29,377 nt of DNA from Minisyncoccota bacterium (GTDB taxonomy: Bacteria > Patescibacteriota > Minisyncoccia > Minisyncoccales > GWA2-38-27): NCBI GenBank assembly GCA_028717605.1, contig JAQUNM010000001.1, positions 1 to 29,377 on the forward strand, given 5' to 3'. Under the pieces are notes generated by a model that searched no databases, was not told the DNA's origin, and was given only the letters and a program-made list of their open reading frames with translations. The translations under genes were made by a program, and so were the position numbers. Shown here one piece after another: positions 5,417 to 15,574 of this stretch. Positions within the stretch are counted from its first letter, which is position 1, and each line of letters starts with the position of its first letter.

Positions 5417-7789
5417 ATGTTCTATTATTATTTTTCTTTTTTAATATTGATTATTCTGTTTGTTGTCATATTTAAAAATAAAAAGAAAAAATTTTCTAAT
5501 ATTTTACAAAGCCTTGATATGGTTTTGTTTTCAATTAGAATACCCAAGTTTGAAAAAAAGGATGATTTAAGCCCCCAGAAAGAAAGAAAAGAAATTATTG
5601 CTTCAATGGAGCAAGTTTTTTCTTCTTTCTTAAATTTAAAAACAAAAGGTGTTCCTAGAATTGTTTTTGAGATAGCTTCTGAGCAAGGAGGAACAGATAT
5701 TGAGTTTTATGTTGCTGTTCCCAATGAATTAGCATCTTCACTAGAAAAATATATTCAGGGAGTCTATCCATTAGCTCAAGTGAGTAAAGTATCTCGTGAT
5801 TATACAATTTTTGAGCCAGATTCAAAAACAGCTGGTGCTTATTTGAAATTAAGAGAAACAAACTTTTTACCTATTAATACATATGTTTCTTTAGCTCAAG
5901 ACCCTATAGCTAGTATTACAAATGCTTTATCGAAAATAAAACCAGAAGAAGGAGTAGCCCTACAATTAATCTTAAAACCGTTTAAATATACTGTTTTTCA
6001 GAAACAAGGTAATAAAATTATTTCTTTATTAAAAAAAGGCAAAGACCTATCTTTGGCTATTAGGGATTCTCAAAAATCAGAAACAAAAAAAACCCTAGAA
6101 AGTTTTCAAAAAAAAGAAGAAAAAAAAGAAAACCCAGTTGATGAATTTTCAATAGAAGTTATCCAGAATAAAATTAAAAAACCTTTATTTGAAACTAATA
6201 TTAGAATTATAGCCTCAGCCAAGACTCAGGAAAGAGCAAAAGAAATTCTTTCTTATTTAGAAGCTAGTTTTGGCCAATTTTCTAGTTCTAATTCTTTTAA
6301 CGCTTTTTATGTTAAAGCAAAAAGAATTAAAAACTTTATTTATAATTTTAGTTTTAGAAATTTTAATCCTTTAGAAAAAAACGTTCTAAATTTGGAAGAG
6401 ATAACTAGTATATTTCATTTACCTACTAGTTCTTTAGAATCACCAAATATAAAATGGGTTACTAGCGGCGAAGTTACTCCACCAACTAATTTGCCTAAAT
6501 CAGGTGATCTTTTATTAGGTAATGTAATTTATAGAAGCGAAGAAAATCCAGTTTATTGTGCCTCTGCTGAAGACAGAAGAAGGCATTTTTATGTTATTGG
6601 ACAAACAGGTACTGGTAAATCTTCTTTACTTCAAGAATATATTAGGCAAGATATTAAAAATGGTAAAGGAGTAGGGGTTATTGATCCTCACGGTGATTTA
6701 ATTGAAAACACCTTAGCTAGCATTCCGCCTGAAAGAATAGATGATGTTGTTCTTTTTGAGCCCTTTTATACAGAAAGACCTGTTGGTTTAAATATGTTAG
6801 AATATGATACTTTGGATCAGAAAGATTTTGCTGTTCAAGAAATGATAGCTATTTTCCAAAAATTATTTCCTCCTGAAATTACTGGTCCTATGTTCGAACA
6901 CTATATGAGAAATGCTATGTTAGCTTTAATGGCTAACAAAAACGATCCAGGAACTTTAGTAGAAATTCCGCGACTTTTTACAGATACAGAATTTATGGAA
7001 GAAAGATTAGCTAGTATTACTGATCCAGTAGTAAGATTATTTTGGGAAAAAGAATGGAAACAAACGACCGGGAGTACTAGATCTGATATGCTGGGATATG
7101 TTGTTTCAAAGTTAGGAAGATTTATTGAAAATGAAATGTTAAGAAACATTATTGGTCAAGCAAAATCTGGTTTTGATTTGGCTAAAATAATGAATGAGGG
7201 GAAAATTTTTCTCGCTAATTTATCTAAAGGAAGAACTGGAGAAGTTAGCAGTTCTTTATTAGGATTAATTTTAGTTTCTAAAATGCAGATGGCAGCTATG
7301 AAAAGAGCAGATATGCTAGAACAAAATAGAAAAGATTTTTATTTATACATTGATGAGTTTCAAAACTTTACTACTGACAGTGTAGCCACTATTCTTTCTG
7401 AAGCTAGAAAATATAGGCTTAATTTAATATTGGCTCATCAATATATTCCTCAAGTAGCTGACGAAATTAAAAACGCTGTTATGGGTAATGTTGGTTCAAT
7501 GGCTATTTACAGAGTGGGGGCTGATGATGCAGAATTTTTGGAGAACAAATTTGCTCCTTATTTTTCTAAATATGATTTTGTAAATATTGATAATTATAAC
7601 TGTATAATTAGAATGATGATTAACGGATCTGTTTCTACTCCTTTTAAATTAAAAGCCCTAAAACCCAAAGAAGGCAATAAAGAAATAATTAATCCTTTAA
7701 AAGAATTGTCTAGATTAAAATATGGAAAGTCTAAACAAGAAGTGGAAAAAGAGATTTTAAGAAGGTCTAGGCTTGATACTATTGGATAA
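5417..7789 (+). CDS. VirD4/TraD/TrwB-like (FtsK-HerA superfamily) membrane-anchored P-loop ATPase
   Basis: N-terminal TM helix; Walker A GQTGTGKS; IDPHGD; Walker B YIDEFQNF; SEARKYRLNLILAHQY. Confidence 0.9.
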   Translation: MFYYYFSFLILIILFVVIFKNKKKKFSNILQSLDMVLFSIRIPKFEKKDDLSPQKERKEIIASMEQVFSSFLNLKTKGVPRIVFEIASEQGGTDIEFYVAVPNELASSLEKYIQGVYPLAQVSKVSRDYTIFEPDSKTAGAYLKLRETNFLPINTYVSLAQDPIASITNALSKIKPEEGVALQLILKPFKYTVFQKQGNKIISLLKKGKDLSLAIRDSQKSETKKTLESFQKKEEKKENPVDEFSIEVIQNKIKKPLFETNIRIIASAKTQERAKEILSYLEASFGQFSSSNSFNAFYVKAKRIKNFIYNFSFRNFNPLEKNVLNLEEITSIFHLPTSSLESPNIKWVTSGEVTPPTNLPKSGDLLLGNVIYRSEENPVYCASAEDRRRHFYVIGQTGTGKSSLLQEYIRQDIKNGKGVGVIDPHGDLIENTLASIPPERIDDVVLFEPFYTERPVGLNMLEYDTLDQKDFAVQEMIAIFQKLFPPEITGPMFEHYMRNAMLALMANKNDPGTLVEIPRLFTDTEFMEERLASITDPVVRLFWEKEWKQTTGSTRSDMLGYVVSKLGRFIENEMLRNIIGQAKSGFDLAKIMNEGKIFLANLSKGRTGEVSSSLLGLILVSKMQMAAMKRADMLEQNRKDFYLYIDEFQNFTTDSVATILSEARKYRLNLILAHQYIPQVADEIKNAVMGNVGSMAIYRVGADDAEFLENKFAPYFSKYDFVNIDNYNCIIRMMINGSVSTPFKLKALKPKEGNKEIINPLKELSRLKYGKSKQEVEKEILRRSRLDTIG

Positions 7790-7810
7790 TCATCTAATTT
7801 AAAAAATATT

Positions 7811-8170
7811 ATGGAAAACTTAGAACAAAAATTTGGTCAGAATAATAATGAAGATCAAGAGATAAAAGAGGCACAGGAAATAAAAGAAAGGGCTGAAAAA
7901 ATAGAAAAGATAGAAAGAACAGAAAAAGATTATTTAGATAAATATAAAGAATATGAAAAACTTATGGATACTCTTAGAATTAGAAGAAGGGAACTTAATG
8001 AGCTTAATAAAAAACCATCTATTTTTAATAGACGTAAAGCTAAAAAAACCAAAGAAGAAATAGGTATTATTTGTGAACAAATAAATATTTTTACTAATGA
8101 ATTAGAACAAATTTTTAACGAGCTTCCGGAAGAATTAAAAAAGAAATATTTGAGAATAGAAGCAGAGTAA
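7811..8170 (+). CDS. Hypothetical coiled-coil protein
   Basis: E/K-rich heptad-like composition; A-rich leader. Confidence 0.7.
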   Translation: MENLEQKFGQNNNEDQEIKEAQEIKERAEKIEKIERTEKDYLDKYKEYEKLMDTLRIRRRELNELNKKPSIFNRRKAKKTKEEIGIICEQINIFTNELEQIFNELPEELKKKYLRIEAE

Positions 8171-8209
8171 AATTAGATGAAAAGACGAATTTAATTATTT
8201 TTATCTTTT

Positions 8210-8238
8210 TTGATTTTTGTTAACATTAATGCTAGAAT
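8210..8238 (+). promoter_or_regulatory. sigma70 promoter with extended -10; probably leaderless thpR mRNA
   Basis: TTGATT (8210-8215), 17 nt, TGc-TAGAAT (8230-8238); ATG 6 nt downstream. Confidence 0.6.
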
Positions 8239-8244
8239 TGTTTA

Positions 8245-8721
8245 ATGGCTAGGGTTTTTATTGCTATTAATTTACCTCAAGAAATAAAAGAAAAGCTTGT
8301 TTCTTATTATAATTTTGAATTACCAGCCAAATGGACTAAAAAAGAAAATTTACACATTACAGTTGATTTTTGGGGTTATATTAGGGACGATAAAATTCCA
8401 GAAATAATAGAAAAGACTAAGGAAAAAGCAAAGAATATTTCTCCTTTTTTGATTAAGTTGAATAAGATATGTTTTGCTCCTCCTGGATATTCTATCCCTA
8501 AAATGGTTTGGGTCACAGGAAAAGCTGATAAATTAATTAAAGATGTTCATATTACTTTAGCTAGAATTAAAAAGTGGGAGCTCCAAAGACAAGAAAATAT
8601 TATAGAGATAGAAAAAAACATTAATCTAGAATTTATAGCTGAATCTTTAGACGTTATGGAATCAAAATTAAAAAAAGGCGAACCAGAATACATTCTGTTG
8701 CAAAAAAATAAATTTCAATGA
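8245..8721 (+). CDS. thpR: RNA 2',3'-cyclic phosphodiesterase (2H phosphoesterase)
   Basis: RVFIAI N-terminus, two HxT motifs (ENLHITV, VHITLAR), ESKLKKGEPEY. Confidence 0.9.
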   Translation: MARVFIAINLPQEIKEKLVSYYNFELPAKWTKKENLHITVDFWGYIRDDKIPEIIEKTKEKAKNISPFLIKLNKICFAPPGYSIPKMVWVTGKADKLIKDVHITLARIKKWELQRQENIIEIEKNINLEFIAESLDVMESKLKKGEPEYILLQKNKFQ

Positions 8722-9959
8722 AAATCCATTTTATAGGTATAGGCGGTATAGGAATTAGTGCTTTAGCTGGTTATTATTTAAAAAAAGGAGCGATGGTTTC
8801 TGGTTCTGATTTGAGTTTTTCCGAGACTACCAATTATCTAAAAAAACAAGGGGCTAAAATTATCAACGGACATAAAATCCAAAATATTAAAAAAGATTTA
8901 GATTTAGTTATATATAGTCCAGCTGTTAAAAAAGAAAATCCTGAGTATAAAAGAGCCAAAGAATTAAAGATTCCCTTAAAAAGTTATCCTCAAGCTTTAG
9001 GGCAATTAACTAAAAAATATTTTACTATTGCTGTTTCAGGAACTCACGGGAAAAGCACTACTTGTTCTATGATAGCTTTACTTTTAGAGAAAGCTGGTTT
9101 TGATCCGACAGTAATTGTTGGCACAAAATTAAAGGAATTTTCCAACTTGAATTTTAGGGTCGGTAAAAGCAAGTATTTGGTTATTGAAGCTGATGAGCAT
9201 TTTGCTTCTTTTTTAAATTATTCACCCGACATTATTATTTTAACAAACATAGAAAAAGAGCACCTGGATTATTATAAAAACTTTAAAAATATATTAAAAA
9301 CTTTTAAAAAATATATTAAAAAACTCCCTAAAAATGGTTTATTAATTATTAATAAAGATATAAAAATAAAAGCTCTTAATGTAATAAAATATGGACAAAG
9401 AAGGATAAAACTAAAAATACCAGGAAAACATAATCAATTAAACGCTTCTGCTGCTTTAACATTGGCTCGTTACTTAAGAATTCCAGATAAAATTTCTTTA
9501 AAAGTTTTAGCAGAATATAATGGTTGTTGGAGAAGATTCGAACAAAGAAAATATAAAAAATTAATAATTATTTCTGATTATGCTCATCATCCTACTGAAG
9601 TTAGAGAAACCCTTAAAGCAGCTAGAGAAAAATTCAAACAAAAAAATATCTGGTGTATTTTTCAACCCCATCAATATCAAAGAACTTATTATTTTTTTAA
9701 TGATTTTATAAAAACATTTAAATTTAACTATCAAGATAATTTAATAATTACTGATGTTTTTGAAGTAGAAGGAAGAGAAAACGAAAACATAAAAAAGAAA
9801 GTTAATATTCAAAAATTAGCTAAAAAAGCTGGTGGAATTTATTTAACACAGGACAAGATAGGTAATTATTTAAAAAACAATATAAAAAACAATAGTATTA
9901 TTATATTTATGGGAGCAGGAAACATATATCTTTTAGCTGATAAAATATTTCCAAAATAA
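8718..9959 (+). CDS. murC: UDP-N-acetylmuramate--L-alanine ligase
   Basis: IHFIGIGGIGISA, YSPAV, GTHGKSTT, IEADE, DYAHHPTE, FQPH. Confidence 0.95.
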   Translation: MKIHFIGIGGIGISALAGYYLKKGAMVSGSDLSFSETTNYLKKQGAKIINGHKIQNIKKDLDLVIYSPAVKKENPEYKRAKELKIPLKSYPQALGQLTKKYFTIAVSGTHGKSTTCSMIALLLEKAGFDPTVIVGTKLKEFSNLNFRVGKSKYLVIEADEHFASFLNYSPDIIILTNIEKEHLDYYKNFKNILKTFKKYIKKLPKNGLLIINKDIKIKALNVIKYGQRRIKLKIPGKHNQLNASAALTLARYLRIPDKISLKVLAEYNGCWRRFEQRKYKKLIIISDYAHHPTEVRETLKAAREKFKQKNIWCIFQPHQYQRTYYFFNDFIKTFKFNYQDNLIITDVFEVEGRENENIKKKVNIQKLAKKAGGIYLTQDKIGNYLKNNIKNNSIIIFMGAGNIYLLADKIFPK

Positions 9960-9967
9960 AATATATT

Positions 9968-9976
9968 TGCTATAAT
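9968..9976 (+). promoter_or_regulatory. Extended -10 promoter; probably leaderless aspS mRNA
   Basis: TGc-TATAAT (9968-9976), ATG 6 nt downstream at 9983. Confidence 0.6.
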
Positions 9977-9982
9977 TTACAT

Positions 9983-11296
9983 ATGAAAAAAATATATATT
10001 AATCAAACACCAGAATATATCGGTAAAAAAATAACCATATCTGCCTGGATAGACACCAGAAGGGATCATGGTAAAGTTGTCTTTTTAGATTTAAAAGATA
10101 AATCAGGTATTCTGCAAGCAGTAGGTCAATGTTTAGGAAAAGAATTTCAGCCACAATGTGTTATTCAAGTCCAGGGAAAAATTAAACAAAGACCTGAAAA
10201 AATGCAGAATAAAAAACTAGAAACAGGAAAAATAGAACTAGAAATTGAAACAATTAAATTATTAACTGAATCAGAGCCTTTCCCCTTTGATATTAACGAT
10301 AAACTAACTCTACCTATTTTGTTAGACTACAGACCAATTACTTTAAGAAATCCTAAAATTAGAGCTATTTTTAAAATTGAAGAAGGGATTACAGAAAGTT
10401 TTAGGAAAAATATGAGAGCTTTAGATTTTACTGAATTCCATGCTCCGGCCATAGTGCCTTCTACTACTGAAGGAGGAGCTGAGGTTTTCTCTCTTGACTA
10501 TTATAATTCTAAGGCATATTTAGCTCAAAGCCCTCAACTTTATAAACAAATTATGGTTGGAGTATTTGAAAGGGTTTTTACTGTTGCTCATGCATATAGA
10601 GCAGAACCAAGTGTTACTACTCGTCATATTGCCGAATATGTAAGTCTAGACGCAGAAATGGGGTTTATTGATTCTTGGAAAGATATAATGGAGGTTTGTG
10701 AAAAATTGATAAAGAATATTTTAAATGATCTGGAAAAAAATTATAAAAAAGAATTAAAAATATTTTTAGCTACTATACCTGAGATTAAAGGTAAAATTCC
10801 TGTTTTAACTCTACAAGAAGCCTTAGATATTCTGTATAAGTTAACTAAAAAAGATCAGAGAAATGAACCTGATTTAGACCCAGAGGGCGAAAAAGAAATA
10901 TGTCAATATATTAAAGAAAAATATGGATCAGATTTTGTTTTTATCACTCACTTTCCTGTTTCTAAAAGACCCTTTTATACCTTTCCTGATCCGGAAAACC
11001 CTAAATTAACTCTTTCTTTTGATATTTTATGTAGGGGATTAGAAATAGTAACTGGTGGACAAAGAATTAATGATTATAAAAAATTATTAGAAAATATTAA
11101 AAAATGGGGGAATAACCCAGAAACTTTTTCTTTTTATCTTCAAGCTTTTAAATATGGAATGCCACCAGAAGGAGGTTTTGCTTTGGGTTTAGAAAGAATG
11201 GTAAAACAAATTTTGGGACTAGAAAATATTAGAGAGGCTATTCCTTTTCCAAGAGATATGCAAAGAATTGATCAAAGATTATATAAAAATGACTAG
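9983..11296 (+). CDS. aspS: Aspartyl-tRNA synthetase, short archaeal/eukaryal type (no GAD insertion); discriminating vs non-discriminating not determinable
   Basis: OB fold (RDHG..F.DL.D), YLAQSPQLYKQ, YRAE...RH..EY, GGQRI, YGMPPEGGFALGLER, FPRD. Confidence 0.9.
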   Translation: MKKIYINQTPEYIGKKITISAWIDTRRDHGKVVFLDLKDKSGILQAVGQCLGKEFQPQCVIQVQGKIKQRPEKMQNKKLETGKIELEIETIKLLTESEPFPFDINDKLTLPILLDYRPITLRNPKIRAIFKIEEGITESFRKNMRALDFTEFHAPAIVPSTTEGGAEVFSLDYYNSKAYLAQSPQLYKQIMVGVFERVFTVAHAYRAEPSVTTRHIAEYVSLDAEMGFIDSWKDIMEVCEKLIKNILNDLEKNYKKELKIFLATIPEIKGKIPVLTLQEALDILYKLTKKDQRNEPDLDPEGEKEICQYIKEKYGSDFVFITHFPVSKRPFYTFPDPENPKLTLSFDILCRGLEIVTGGQRINDYKKLLENIKKWGNNPETFSFYLQAFKYGMPPEGGFALGLERMVKQILGLENIREAIPFPRDMQRIDQRLYKND

Positions 11297-12203
11297 AAAT
11301 TTAAAATTTTTTATTTTCCCTCTTTTTTTTACTATTATTATTTTTTTAGGTATAAATATTCTTTTTGGGAAAACAGAAAAAGCTCCTAGCTTTACGGCTC
11401 AAATAGTAGAAACATCACCTTTAAGAAAAATAAATATTCAGCCCAACCTTTCGGCTCAATCAGCTATTGTTATGGAAGTAGACAAGAAAGGGAACGATAT
11501 TGTTCATTTTGAAAAAGGAATAAAACAAAAATTACCTATTGCTTCTTTAACCAAATTAATGACAGCTTTAGTTGTTTTTGAAAATCCGTTAATTTATCCA
11601 AAGTCTATGCCAATTACTTTAAGCAAAAAAGCTGTTTCTCAAATAGATGCTTCAAGATATATAACACTAGAAGAAGGAAAGACTTTTTCCTTAGAAACAC
11701 TTTTGAATATTTTGTTAATAGAAAGTGGAAATGGGGCTGCTCAAATTATAGCTGAAACCTTAGGGGAAAAAGAGTTTATTAACACTATGAATTTTAAAGC
11801 CAAAGAATTAAATATGTTAGATACTTTTTTTGTTAATCCATCAGGACTAGATAATAGAGATAATTATAACTATTCTACGGTTTATGATTTAGCCGTTTTG
11901 GCTCAATATATTAAAAAAAATTATCCTGAAATTTTCCACATAAGCAGTAAAGAAATTTATCATGTTTTCGATATAAATAATGAATTTTATTATTTTATTC
12001 CAGAAAACACCAATAAACTTTTATTTGAAATACCAGAAATAATTGGCGGGAAAACAGGCTGGACTCCTACAGCTGGTCAATGTTTACTAGTTTTATTTTC
12101 TCATCCCCATAAAGATACTTATTTTATTAGCGTTGTTTTAAATTCTCAAAACAGGTTTGAAGATATTAAAAATATAATTCAACAAATATATAATGATAAT
12201 TGA
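11289..12203 (+). CDS. dacA: D-alanyl-D-alanine carboxypeptidase (peptidase S11, low-MW PBP)
   Basis: N-terminal TM; SLTK (SxxK), SGN (SxN), NPSGLD, KTG triad. Start moved to ATG 11289. Confidence 0.9.
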   Translation: MTRNLKFFIFPLFFTIIIFLGINILFGKTEKAPSFTAQIVETSPLRKINIQPNLSAQSAIVMEVDKKGNDIVHFEKGIKQKLPIASLTKLMTALVVFENPLIYPKSMPITLSKKAVSQIDASRYITLEEGKTFSLETLLNILLIESGNGAAQIIAETLGEKEFINTMNFKAKELNMLDTFFVNPSGLDNRDNYNYSTVYDLAVLAQYIKKNYPEIFHISSKEIYHVFDINNEFYYFIPENTNKLLFEIPEIIGGKTGWTPTAGQCLLVLFSHPHKDTYFISVVLNSQNRFEDIKNIIQQIYNDN

Positions 12204-13230
12204 TCTTATTAAAATATTTGTTATTGGTAGTGCTTCTTTTTTCTTAGCTTTTTTTTTAACCCCTGCTTTAACTTATTTTTTATATAAATATAAGTTATGG
12301 AAGAAAACATCTAAATTAAAATCAATCGATGGTTATGATCTAGAAGTTTTTCCTAAATTTCATGCTCAAAAAGAAACAAAGGTTCCCAGAATTGGGGGAA
12401 TTTTAATTTGGTTTTCTGTTCTTTTTTTATCTTATTTTTTTTATTTTTTATCTAAAACCGGAATATGGTCATTAGAAAAAATGAATTTTTTAAATAGATC
12501 TCAAACTTGGCTTCCTCTTTTTGCTCTAGTAGCAGCTGCTTTAGTTGGGTTAACTGATGATGTTCTAGAAATATTATCAAAAAAGGTTATTGGTTTAAAA
12601 CTAAGATATAGAATTTTATTAGTTGCCTTAATTGGTTTAATTGGTAGTTGGTGGTTTTTCTATAAACTTGGTTTTCAAACTATCCATATTCCTGGTAACG
12701 GAGATATATTTATTGGTTTTTGGTATATTCCTCTTTTTATTTTAGTTATGATAGCGACTTATTCTGGCAGTGTCATAGATGGGCTCGATGGTTTATCTGG
12801 AGGAGCCTTTGCTTCAATGTTTGCTGCTTTTGGAGCTATTGCTTTAGCTAGGGGACAAATAGATTTAGCTGCTTTTTGTATTGCTATCACTGGTGCTATT
12901 CTGGCTTTTTTATGGTTTAATATTCCACCAGCTCGTTTTTATATGGGAGAAACAGGTATTATGGGTCTTTGTTGCTCTTTAACTGTGATAGCCTTTTTAA
13001 CTGATTCTGTTTTAGTTTTACCTATTATTGGGTTTTTATTAGTTATTGAATCAGGATCAGTAATTATTCAGCTTATTAGCAAAAAACTAGGAAAAAAGGT
13101 TTTTTTAGCTGCTCCTTTGCATCATCATTTTGAAGCAAAGTTATGGCCTCATTATAAAATTACTATGAGGTTTTGGATAATAGGAGTGATTGCTGCTTTA
13201 GTTGGAGTAGCCATAAGACTATTAGGATGA
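12193..13230 (+). CDS. mraY: Phospho-N-acetylmuramoyl-pentapeptide transferase
   Basis: VPRIGG, DD motif, DGLDGL, FLWFNIPPARFYMGE, APLHHHFE; multi-TM. Confidence 0.93.
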   Translation: MIIDLIKIFVIGSASFFLAFFLTPALTYFLYKYKLWKKTSKLKSIDGYDLEVFPKFHAQKETKVPRIGGILIWFSVLFLSYFFYFLSKTGIWSLEKMNFLNRSQTWLPLFALVAAALVGLTDDVLEILSKKVIGLKLRYRILLVALIGLIGSWWFFYKLGFQTIHIPGNGDIFIGFWYIPLFILVMIATYSGSVIDGLDGLSGGAFASMFAAFGAIALARGQIDLAAFCIAITGAILAFLWFNIPPARFYMGETGIMGLCCSLTVIAFLTDSVLVLPIIGFLLVIESGSVIIQLISKKLGKKVFLAAPLHHHFEAKLWPHYKITMRFWIIGVIAALVGVAIRLLG

Positions 13231-14501
13231 AATTTAAAGGAAAAAAAGTATTAATTGCAGGATTGGGTTTAAATAAAGGGGGAGTTTCAGCTGCTAGATT
13301 TTTTTGTTCTCAGGGTTCATTAGTAACTGTTACAGATTTAAAAAATAAAGAATATTTAAAAGAATCATTAAATGATCTAAAAAAATATAAAATAAAGTAT
13401 ACTTTAGGTAGACACAAAATAAAAGATTTTTTAGAAAACGATTTGATAATAAAAAATCCTGCTATTCCCAATAATTCTTATTATTTAAATCTTGCTCGAA
13501 AAAAAGGAATACCTGTTGAAACAGATATTAATCTTTTTTTTAAACTAGCTAAAGGATATATTATTGGGGTTACTGGAACTAAGGGAAAAACTACTACTTG
13601 TTATTTGCTTTATGAATTTTTTAAAAAAAATAATGTTTTTTTAGCTGGAAACCTAGGTATTTCTCCTTTAGATTTCGTATTAAAATTAAACTCAAGAAGC
13701 ATTACCATATTAGAGCTTTCTAGTTTTGCCCTAGAGAATCTTAACTTTAGCCCTAATCTAGCTGTTATTACTAATATATATCCTGACCATTTAAATAGAT
13801 ATAAAAATATAAAAGAATATGTTAAGGCTAAAAAAAGAATATTTAAATTTCAAAAAAAGGAAGATTTATTGGTTTTAAATTATGATATTCCTTGTTTAAG
13901 AAATATCTCGGCTCATTATTTTTCAGAAACCAATAAAAAGGCTGATTGTTATTTAAAAAACAATAAAATATTCTTTAAGAATAAGTTTATTTGTGAAACG
14001 AATTTGTTAAATTCTTTACCAGCTGTATTGTCAGCTAAACTATTAAATGTTCCTAATTATAGAATTAAAGAAGCTATTTCTGGGTTTAAAGGAGTGCCTA
14101 ACCGTCAAGAGTTTATTGCTGAAAAAAAAGGAATAAAATATATTAACGATACAACAGCTACTATGCCTCAAGCAGTTCAAAAAGCAATACAAATTTTTTC
14201 TCCTATAATTCTAATAGCCGGAGGACAAGATAAGGGTTTAGATTATAAAGAATTATCTGAAGATATTAAAAAAAATGTTAAATTTTTAATCTTATTAAAA
14301 GGTACAGCTACTGATAAACTGAAAAAATATTTAAAAAATTATTATATCTTTTCTTGTATGGAAAAAGCAGTTAAAAAAGCTTCTTTACTAGCTAAGAAAG
14401 GGGATTATGTCGTGCTTTCGCCAGGAGCAGCTTCTTTTGGTCTATTTAAAAATGAATTTGACAGAGGAGAACAGTTTAAAAAGGCAGTTAAAAAAATATG
14501 A
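13227..14501 (+). CDS. murD: UDP-N-acetylmuramoyl-L-alanine--D-glutamate ligase
   Basis: GLGLNKGG, GTKGKTTT, ELSSFAL, DHLNRY, IAGGQDK, LSPGAASF...RG. Start moved to the ATGA overlap at 13227. Confidence 0.93.
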   Translation: MKFKGKKVLIAGLGLNKGGVSAARFFCSQGSLVTVTDLKNKEYLKESLNDLKKYKIKYTLGRHKIKDFLENDLIIKNPAIPNNSYYLNLARKKGIPVETDINLFFKLAKGYIIGVTGTKGKTTTCYLLYEFFKKNNVFLAGNLGISPLDFVLKLNSRSITILELSSFALENLNFSPNLAVITNIYPDHLNRYKNIKEYVKAKKRIFKFQKKEDLLVLNYDIPCLRNISAHYFSETNKKADCYLKNNKIFFKNKFICETNLLNSLPAVLSAKLLNVPNYRIKEAISGFKGVPNRQEFIAEKKGIKYINDTTATMPQAVQKAIQIFSPIILIAGGQDKGLDYKELSEDIKKNVKFLILLKGTATDKLKKYLKNYYIFSCMEKAVKKASLLAKKGDYVVLSPGAASFGLFKNEFDRGEQFKKAVKKI

Positions 14502-15562
14502 AAAAACTAGATTACGTCTTACTGTTTACTTCTTTGTTCTTATTGGGTTTTGGAATTTTAATCTTGAGCGGCGTTTCTGCCGTTTATTCTTTCCAAAAAT
14601 TTAATATAACTAATTATTATTTAAACAGACAATTAATAGCTATTGTAATAGGATTGATAATGGCTTTTTTTATTTATAAAATCCCTTTTTCTTTTTTGAA
14701 AAAAATAGCTTTTCCCTTATTTATTTTTTCTTTTTTTTTAATTTTTCTAACTATTATTCCTAATATTGGAACCCAAATAGGGGGAGCTAGAAGATGGATT
14801 AATTTAGGTTTTATTAGTTTCCAACCCATTGAACTATTAAAATTAACTTTTATCCTTTATTTAAGTATTTGGTTAACTAGCAAAAAAGAAAAAGTATTAA
14901 TTCCTTTTTTAATTATCCTTTCTTTTATTTCTTTAATCTTATACATCCAAAAAGATTTTAGTTCTTGTTTCATCATAATATCTACTGCTTTGGTAATATA
15001 TTTTATAACCAGAAAATCTTTTTTAGAAAATATAATAGTTTGGGCTATAATTGGTTTAGTTTTTTTTACTTTTTTATTGTCTGGCTTTAGAATAGATAGA
15101 TTTTTAAGCCATCAAGGTATTACTAATGATCCTATTGGCATTGGCTTTCAATCACTACAAGCGAAAATCACTATTGGTTCTGGTGGTTTTTGGGGAAAAG
15201 GTATAGGTTCTTCTAGCCAAAAACTTTATTTGCCTCACTCTATGTCAGATTCTATTTTTGCTATTATTGCTGAAGAGGGTGGTTTCTTTTTTAGTTTTTT
15301 AATTATTCTTTTATTTTTTATTTTCTTTTATCGGTCTATTTTTTTAGCAAAAAAGAATGGTAATAAAACATATCAACTTATCATAATAGGTATTAGTACT
15401 TGGTTTTTAACCCAGGCTTTAATTCATATTGGAGCAATGAGTGGTTTAATTCCTATTACTGGAATTCCCTTACCTTTAATAAGTTATGGTGGTTCACACA
15501 TTATGGTAGAATTAATGGCGCTTGGTTTAGTCTTTGGTATTTTAAAATCTTCAAAAAAATGA
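14498..15562 (+). CDS. ftsW: SEDS peptidoglycan polymerase FtsW
   Basis: GARRWI, QPIELLK, GSGGFWGKG, IPITGIPLPLISYGGS; located between murD and murG. Confidence 0.9.
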   Translation: MKKLDYVLLFTSLFLLGFGILILSGVSAVYSFQKFNITNYYLNRQLIAIVIGLIMAFFIYKIPFSFLKKIAFPLFIFSFFLIFLTIIPNIGTQIGGARRWINLGFISFQPIELLKLTFILYLSIWLTSKKEKVLIPFLIILSFISLILYIQKDFSSCFIIISTALVIYFITRKSFLENIIVWAIIGLVFFTFLLSGFRIDRFLSHQGITNDPIGIGFQSLQAKITIGSGGFWGKGIGSSSQKLYLPHSMSDSIFAIIAEEGGFFFSFLIILLFFIFFYRSIFLAKKNGNKTYQLIIIGISTWFLTQALIHIGAMSGLIPITGIPLPLISYGGSHIMVELMALGLVFGILKSSKK

Positions 15563-15574
15563 TATATTAAAAAT

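Noticed and set aside
9276-9325. Apparent 20-22 nt tandem repeat in murC (AAAAACTTTAAAAATATATT, twice)
   Set aside because: Imperfect A/T-only low-complexity coding sequence, expected by chance at this composition.
9983-10260. Calling AspRS non-discriminating from His/Pro anticodon-domain markers
   Set aside because: The His in RDHG is not at the diagnostic position (AWID here) and the Pro loop cannot be aligned confidently; needs a genome check for asnS/gatCAB.
13227-14501. MurD motif variants (GTKGK, NDTTATM) as changed amino-acid specificity
   Set aside because: Residues corresponding to D-Glu contacts (AT, GGxxK, AS) appear retained, so there is no basis for the claim.
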